Assembly (NCBI GenBank): GCA_964057225.1
Contig: OZ059900.1
Location: 20,770,001 to 20,834,000 of the forward strand
DNA from: Auanema rhodensis
Lineage: Eukaryota > Animalia > Nematoda
DNA length: 64,000 bases
Reading direction: 5' to 3'
The notes below the pieces were generated by a model. The model did no database searches. It worked only from the letters and a program-made list of their open reading frames with translations, and was not told where the DNA came from. Shown piece by piece: positions 56,921 to 64,000 of the stretch (the first letter of the stretch is position 1; every line of letters begins with the position of its first letter). A program made the position numbers and the translations under genes.

Positions 56921-59900
56921 TAAGTCAAAACCTTGTTTACAGCGAAATTTCCAAAAACTGGTTTTCCAGCATAATAAAATATTTCTCATGGGAAATACTG
57001 TGTTTTTGTATTTTTATAGTGTTCAGCATATAAAATGCTTCATTTTAGTATGTAACACGCTGAAATTCGTTGCATTTGACGACTCATATGAACAAAAATC
57101 GATTTAATCAATATTAGCCATAAGAGGCGTGCCCTCAGAATATGCTAATTTCCTTAATTTTCTAACCCCTGTTTTTTTGTCGTGAAAGTGGAACTAGACG
57201 TTGTAATAACAATTTTGAGCTAGGTTTCATTGACATTGCATGAGTTTGAACACATGAAATCGTAAGTCAAAACCTTGTTTACAGCGAAATTTCCAAAAAC
57301 TGGTTTTCCAGCATAATAAAATATTTCTCATGGGAAATACTGTGTTTTTGTTTTTTTCTAGTGTTCAGCATGTGAAATGCTTCATTTTAGTATGTAACAC
57401 GCTGAAATTCGTTGCATTTGACGACTCATATGAACAAAAATCGATTTAATCAATATTAGCCATAAGGGGCGTGCCCTCAGAATATGCTAATTTCCTTAAT
57501 TTTCTAACCCCTGTTTTGTTGTCGTGAAAGTGGAACTAGACGTTGTAGGAACAATTTTGAGCTAGGTTTCATTGACATTGCATGAGTTTGAACACATGAA
57601 ATCGTAAGTCAAAACCTTGTTTACAGCGAAATTTCCAAAAACTGGTTTTCCAGCATAATAAAATATTTCTCATGGGAAATACTGTGTTTTTGTATTTTTC
57701 TAGTGTTCAGCATGTAAAATGCTTCATTTTAGTATGTAACACGCTGAAATTCGTTTCATTTGACGACTCATATGAACAAAAATCGATTTAATCAATATTA
57801 GCCATAAGGGGCGTGCCCTCAGAATATGCTAATTTCCTTAATTTTCTAACCCCTGTTTTTTTGTCGTGAAAGTGGAACTAGACGTTGTAGGAACAATTTT
57901 GAGCTAGGTTTCATTGACATTGCATGAGTTTGAACACATGAAATCGTAAGTCAAAACCTTGTTTACAGCGAAATTTCCAAAAACTGGTTTTCCAGCATAA
58001 TAAAATATTTCTCATGGGAAATACTGTGTTTTTGTATTTTTATAGTGTTCAGCATGTAAAATTTTTCATTTTAGTATGTAACACGCTGAAATTCGTTGCA
58101 TTTGACGACTCATATGAACAAAAATCGATTTAATCAATATTAGCCATAAAGGGCGTGCCCTCAGAATATGCTAATTTCCTTAATTTTCTAACCCCTGTTT
58201 TGTTGTCGTGAAAGTGGAACTAGACGTTGTAGGAACAATTTTGAGCTAGGTTTCATTGACATTGCATGAGTTTGAACACATGAAATCGTAAGTCAAAACC
58301 TTGTTTACAGCGAACTTTCCAAAAACTGGTTTTCCAGCATAATAAAATATTTCTTATGGGAAATACTGTGTTTTTGTATTTTTCTAGTGTTCAGCATGTG
58401 AAATGCTTCATTTTAGTATGTAACACGCTGAAATTCGTTGCATTTGACGACTCATATGAACAAAAATCGATTTAATCAATATTAGCCATAAGGGGCGTGC
58501 CCTCAGAATATGCTAATTTCCTTAATTTTCTAACCCCTGTTTTGTTGTCGTGAAAGTGGAACTAGACGTTGTAGGAACAATTTTGAGCTAGGTTTCATTG
58601 ACATTGCATGAGTTTGAACACATGAAATCGTAAGTCAAAACCTTGTTTACAGCGAAATTTCCAAAAACTGGTTTTCCAGCATAATAAAATATTTCTCATG
58701 GGAAATACTGTGTTTTTGTATTTTTCTAGTGTTCAGCATGTAAAATGCTTCATTTTAGTATGTAACACGCTGAAATTCGTTGCATTTGACGACTCATATG
58801 AACAAAAATCGATTTAATCAATATTAGCCATAAGGGGCGTGCCCTCAGAATATGCTAATTTCCTTAATTTTCTAACCCCTGTTTTGTTGTCGTGAAAGTG
58901 GAACTAGACGTTGTAGGAACAATTTTGAGCTAGGTTTCATTGACATTGCATGAGTTTGAACACATGAAATCGTAAGTCAAAAACTTGTTTACAGCGAAAT
59001 TTCCAAAAACTGGTTTTCCAGCATAATAAAATATTTCTCATGGGAAATACTGTGTTTTTGTATTTTTATAGTGTTCAGCATATAAAATGCTTCATTTTAG
59101 TATGTAACACGCTGAAATTCGTTGCATTTGACGACTCATATGAACAAAAATCGATTTAATCAATATTAGCCATAAGAGGCGTGCCCTCAGAATATGCTAA
59201 TTTCCTTAATTTTCTAACCCCTGTTTTTTTGTCGTGAAAGTGGAACTAGACGTTGTAATAACAATTTTGAGCTAGGTTTCATTGACATTGCATGAGTTTG
59301 AACACATGAAATCGTAAGTCAAAACCTTGTTTACAGCGAAATTTCCAAAAACTGGTTTTCCAGCATAATAAAATATTTCTCATGGGAAATACTGTGTTTT
59401 TGTTTTTTTCTAGTGTTCAGCATGTGAAATGCTTCATTTTAGTATGTAACACGCTGAAATTCGTTGCATTTGACGACTCATATGAACAAAAATCGATTTA
59501 ATCAATATTAGCCATAAGGGGCGTGCCCTCAGAATATGCTAATTTCCTTAATTTTCTAACCCCTGTTTTGTTGTCGTGAAAGTGGAACTAGACGTTGTAG
59601 GAACAATTTTGAGCTAGGTTTCATTGACATTGCATGAGTTTGAACACATGAAATCGTAAGTCAAAACCTTGTTTACAGCGAAATTTCCAAAAACTGGTTT
59701 TCCAGCATAATAAAATATTTCTCATGGGAAATACTGTGTTTTTGTATTTTTCTAGTGTTCAGCATGTAAAATGCTTCATTTTAGTATGTAACACGCTGAA
59801 ATTCGTTTCATTTGACGACTCATATGAACAAAAATCGATTTAATCAATATTAGCCATAAGGGGCGTGCCCTCAGAATATGCTAATTTCCTTAATTTTCTA

Positions 59901-61024
59901 ACCCCTGTTTTTTTGTCGTGAAAGTGGAACTAGACGTTGTAGGAACAATTTTGAGCTAGGTTTCATTGACATTGCATGAGTTTGAACACATGAAATCGTA
60001 AGTCAAAACCTTGTTTACAGCGAAATTTCCAAAAACTGGTTTTCCAGCATAATAAAATATTTCTCATGGGAAATACTGTGTTTTTGTATTTTTATAGTGT
60101 TCAGCATGTAAAATGTTTCATTTTAGTATGTAACACGCTGAAATTCGTTGCATTTGACGACTCATATGAACAAAAATCGATTTAATCAATATTAGCCATA
60201 AAGGGCGTGCCCTCAGAATATGCTAATTTCCTTAATTTTCTAACCCCTGTTTTGTTGTCGTGAAAGTGGAACTAGACGTTGTAGGAACAATTTTGAGCTA
60301 GGTTTCATTGACATTGCATGAGTTTGAACACATGAAATCGTAAGTCAAAACCTTGTTTACAGCGAACTTTCCAAAAACTGGTTTTCCAGCATAATAAAAT
60401 ATTTCTTATGGGAAATACTGTGTTTTTGTATTTTTCTAGTGTTCAGCATGTGAAATGCTTCATTTTAGTATGTAACACGCTGAAATTCGTTGCATTTGAC
60501 GACTCATATGAACAAAAATCGATTTAATCAATATTAGCCATAAGGGGCGTGCCCTCAGAATATGCTAATTTCCTTAATTTTCTAACCCCTGTTTTGTTGT
60601 CGTGAAAGTGGAACTAGACGTTGTAGGAACAATTTTGAGCTAGGTTTCATTGACATTGCATGAGTTTGAACACATGAAATCGTAAGTCAAAACCTTGTTT
60701 ACAGCGAAATTTCCAAAAACTGGTTTTCCAGCATAATAAAATATTTCTCATGGGAAATACTGTGTTTTTGTATTTTTCTAGTGTTCAGCATGTAAAATGC
60801 TTCATTTTAGTATGTAACACGCTGAAATTCGTTGCATTTGACGACTCATATGAACAAAAATCGATTTAATCAATATTAGCCATAAGGGGCGTGCCCTCAG
60901 AATATGCTAATTTCCTTAATTTTCTAACCCCTGTTTTGTTGTCGTGAAAGTGGAACTAGACGTTGTAGGAACAATTTTGAGCTAGGTTTCATTGACATTG
61001 CATGAGTTTGAACACATGAAATCG
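56921..61024 (-). repeat. 6-mer HOR, two tandem copies (2052 bp each)
   Basis: Same marker order plus shared new variants (GCATATAA, TTTGTTTTTTTC). The CGTTTC variant is at 57756 and 59808 (+2052). Confidence 0.85.
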
Positions 61025-64000
61025 TAAGTCAAAACCTTGTTTACAGCGAAATTTCCAAAAACTGGTTTTCCAGCATAATAAAATATTTCTCATGGGAAAT
61101 ACTGTGTTTTTGTATTTTTCTAGTGTTCAGCATGTAAAATGCTTCATTTTAGTATGTAACACGCTGAAATTCGTTGCATTTGACGACTCATATGAACAAA
61201 AATCGATTTAATCAATATTAGCCATAAGGGGCGTGCCCTCAGAATATGCTAATTTCCTTAATTTTCTAACCCCTGTTTTTTGTCGTGAAAGTGGAACTAG
61301 ACGTTGTAGGAACAATTTTGAGCTAGGTTTCATTGACATTGCATGAGTTTGAACACATGAAATCGTAAGTCAAAACCTTGTTTACAGCGAAATTTCCAAA
61401 AACTGGTTTTCCAGCATAATAAAATATTTCTCATGGGAAATACTGTGTTTTTGTATTTTTATAGTGTTCAGCATGTGAAATGCTTCATTTTAGTATGTAA
61501 CACGCTGAAATTCGTTGCATTTGACGACTCATATGAACAAAAATCGATTTAATCAATATTAGCCATAAGGGGCGTGCCCTCAGAATATGCTAATTTCCTT
61601 AATTTTCTAACCCCTGTTTTTTTGTCGTGAAAGTGGAATTAGACGTTGTAGGAACAATTTTGAGCTAGGTTTCATTGACATTGCATGAGTTTGAACACAT
61701 GAAATCGTAAGTCAAAACCTTGTTTACAGCGAAACTTCCAAAAACTGGTTTTCCAGCATAATAAAATATTTCTCATGGGAAATACTGTGTTTTTGTATTT
61801 TTATGGTGTTCAGCATGTAAAATGCTTCATTTTAGTATGTAACACGCTGAAATTCGTTGCATTTGACGACTCATATGAACAAAAATCGATTTAATCAATA
61901 TTAGCCATAAGGGTCGTGCCCTCAGAATATGCTAATTTCCTTAATTTTCTAACCCCTGTTTTTTTGTCGTGAAAGTGGAACTAGACGTTGTAGGAACCGG
62001 TTTGGGCTAGGTTTCATTGACATTGCATGAGTTTGAACACTTGAAATCGTAAGTCAAAACCTTGTTTACAGCGAAATTTCCAAAAAGTGGTTTTCCAGCA
62101 TAATAAAATATTTCTCATGGGAAATACTGTGTTTTTGTATTTTTCTAGTGTTCAGCATGTAAAATGCTTCATTTAAGTATGTGACACGCTGAAATTCGTT
62201 GCATTTGACGACTCATATGAACAAAAATCGATTTAATCAATATTAGCCATAAGGGGCGTGCCCTCAGATTATGCTAATTTCCTTAATTTTCTAACCCCTG
62301 TTTTTTGTCGTGAAAGTGGAACTAGACGTTGTAGGAACAATTTTGAGCTAGGTTTCATTGACATTGCATGAGTTTGAACACATGAAATCGTAAGTCAAAA
62401 CCTTGTTTACAGCGAAATTTCCAAAAACTGGTTTTCCAGCATAATAAAATATTTCTCATGGGAAAAACTGTGTTTTTGTATTTTTCTAGTGTTCAGCATG
62501 TAAAATGCTTCATTTAAGTATGTAACACGCTGAAATTCGTTGCATTTGACTACTCATATGAACAAAAATCGATTTAATCAATATTAGCCATAAGGGGCGT
62601 GCCCTCAGAATATGCTAATTTCCTTAATTTTCTAACCCCTGTTTTTTTGTCGTGAAAGTGGAACTAGACGTTGTACAAACAATTTTGAGCTAGGTTTCAT
62701 TGACATTGCATGAGTTTGAACACATGAAATCGTAAGTCAAAACCTTGTTTACAGCGAAATTTCCAAAAACTGGTTTTCCAGCATAATAAAATATTTCTCA
62801 TGGGAAATACTGTGTTTTTGTATTTTTCTAGTGTTCAGCATGTAAAATGCTTCATTTTAGTATGTAACACGCTGAAATTCGTTGCATTTGACGACTCATA
62901 TGAACAAAAATCGATTTAATCAATATTAGCCATAAGGGGCGTGCCCTCAGAATATGCTAATTTCCTTAATTTTCTAACCCCTGTTTTTTTGTCGTGAAAG
63001 TGGAACTAGACGTTGTACGAACAATTTTGAGCTAGGTTTCATTGACATTGCATGAGTTTGAACACATGAAATTGTAAGTCAAAACCTTGTTTACAGCGAA
63101 AATTCCAAAAACTGGTTTCCAGTATAATAAAATATTTCTCATGGGAAATACTGTGTTTTTGTATTTTTCTAGTGTTCAGCATGTAAAATGCTTCATTTAA
63201 GTATGTAACACGCTGAAATTCGTTGCATTTGACTACTCATATGAACAAAAATCGATTTAATCAATATTAGCCATAAGGGGCGTGCCCTCAGAATATGCTA
63301 ATTTCCTTAATTTTCTAACCCCTGTTTTTTTGTCGTGAAAGTGGAACTAGACGTTGTACAAACAATTTTGAGCTAGGTTTCATTGACATTGCATGAGTTT
63401 GAACACATGAAATCGTAAGTCAAAACCTTGTTTACAGCGAAATTTCCAAAAACTGGTTTTCCAGCATAATAAAATATTTCTCATGGGAAATACTGTGTTT
63501 TTGTATTTTTCTAGTGTTCAGCATGTAAAATACTTCATTTTAGTATGTAACACGCTGAAATATGTTGCATTTGACGACTCATATGAACAAACATCGATTT
63601 AATCAATATTAGCCATAAGGGGCGTGCCCTCAGAATATGCTAATTTCCTTAATTTTCTAACCCCTGTTTTTTTGTCGTGAAAGTGTAACTAGACGTTGTA
63701 CGAACAATTTTGAGCTCGGTTTCATTGACATTGCATGAGTTTGAACACATGAAATCGTAAGTCAAAACCTTGTTTACAGCGAAATTTCCAAAAACTGGTT
63801 TTCCAGCATAATAAAATATTTCTTATGGGAAATACTGTGTTTTTGTATTTTTCTAGTGTTCAGCATGTAAAATACTTCATTTTAGTATGTAACACGCTGA
63901 AATTCGTTGCATTTGACGACTCATATGAACAAAAATCGATTTAATCAATATTAGCCATAAGGGGCGTGCCCTCAGAATATGCTAATTTCCTAAATTTTCT

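Larger units (their letters stand above)
38239..64000 (-). repeat. 342-bp tandem satellite array, reverse-orientation arm (~75 monomers)
   Basis: From 38239 the sequence is the reverse complement of the monomer, starting at monomer position 224 (TTCATTTTAGTATGTAACACGCTG...). Full reverse units start at 38462, 38804 and so on. The array continues beyond the right edge. Confidence 0.99.

Noticed and set aside
1-64000. Repeat-protein CDS (342 is divisible by 3)
   Set aside because: All six frames of the monomer contain stops. The longest ATG-initiated ORF I noted is about 39 aa on the monomer's reverse strand (MGNTVFLYFSSVQHVKCF...), with no recognisable motif, and 1-bp indels occur freely in the array.
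1-64000. CRISPR array or other prokaryotic repeat system
   Set aside because: There are no unique spacers. The entire 342-bp unit is repeated and there are no associated genes.

Overview
The whole 64 kb window is one highly homogeneous, AT-rich satellite DNA array (about 34% GC by hand count of the consensus). It is built from a 342-bp monomer, about 187 copies in all, with typically 0-5 differences per copy. I see no genes, RNA genes, transposons or unique sequence. The array is typical of eukaryotic (peri)centromeric or other heterochromatic DNA, but I cannot identify the organism or satellite family. About 112 monomers run on the + strand (1-38237). The array then flips at a single clean junction (38238/38239), and about 75 monomers run on the - strand to the window end. 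Rare variants lie at exact mirror coordinates for about 2.5-3 kb either side of the junction. This points to a fold-back inverted duplication, i.e. a giant quasi-palindrome with a 77-bp spacer, rather than a simple inversion. Both breakpoints fall in the loops of short hairpins encoded by the monomer. Diagnostic SNPs and indels also reveal a patchwork of local higher-order repeats (2-, 3-, 4-, 6-, 9- and 10-mers), a 35-monomer subfamily block, and long-range copied blocks. All coordinates and counts were read by eye.
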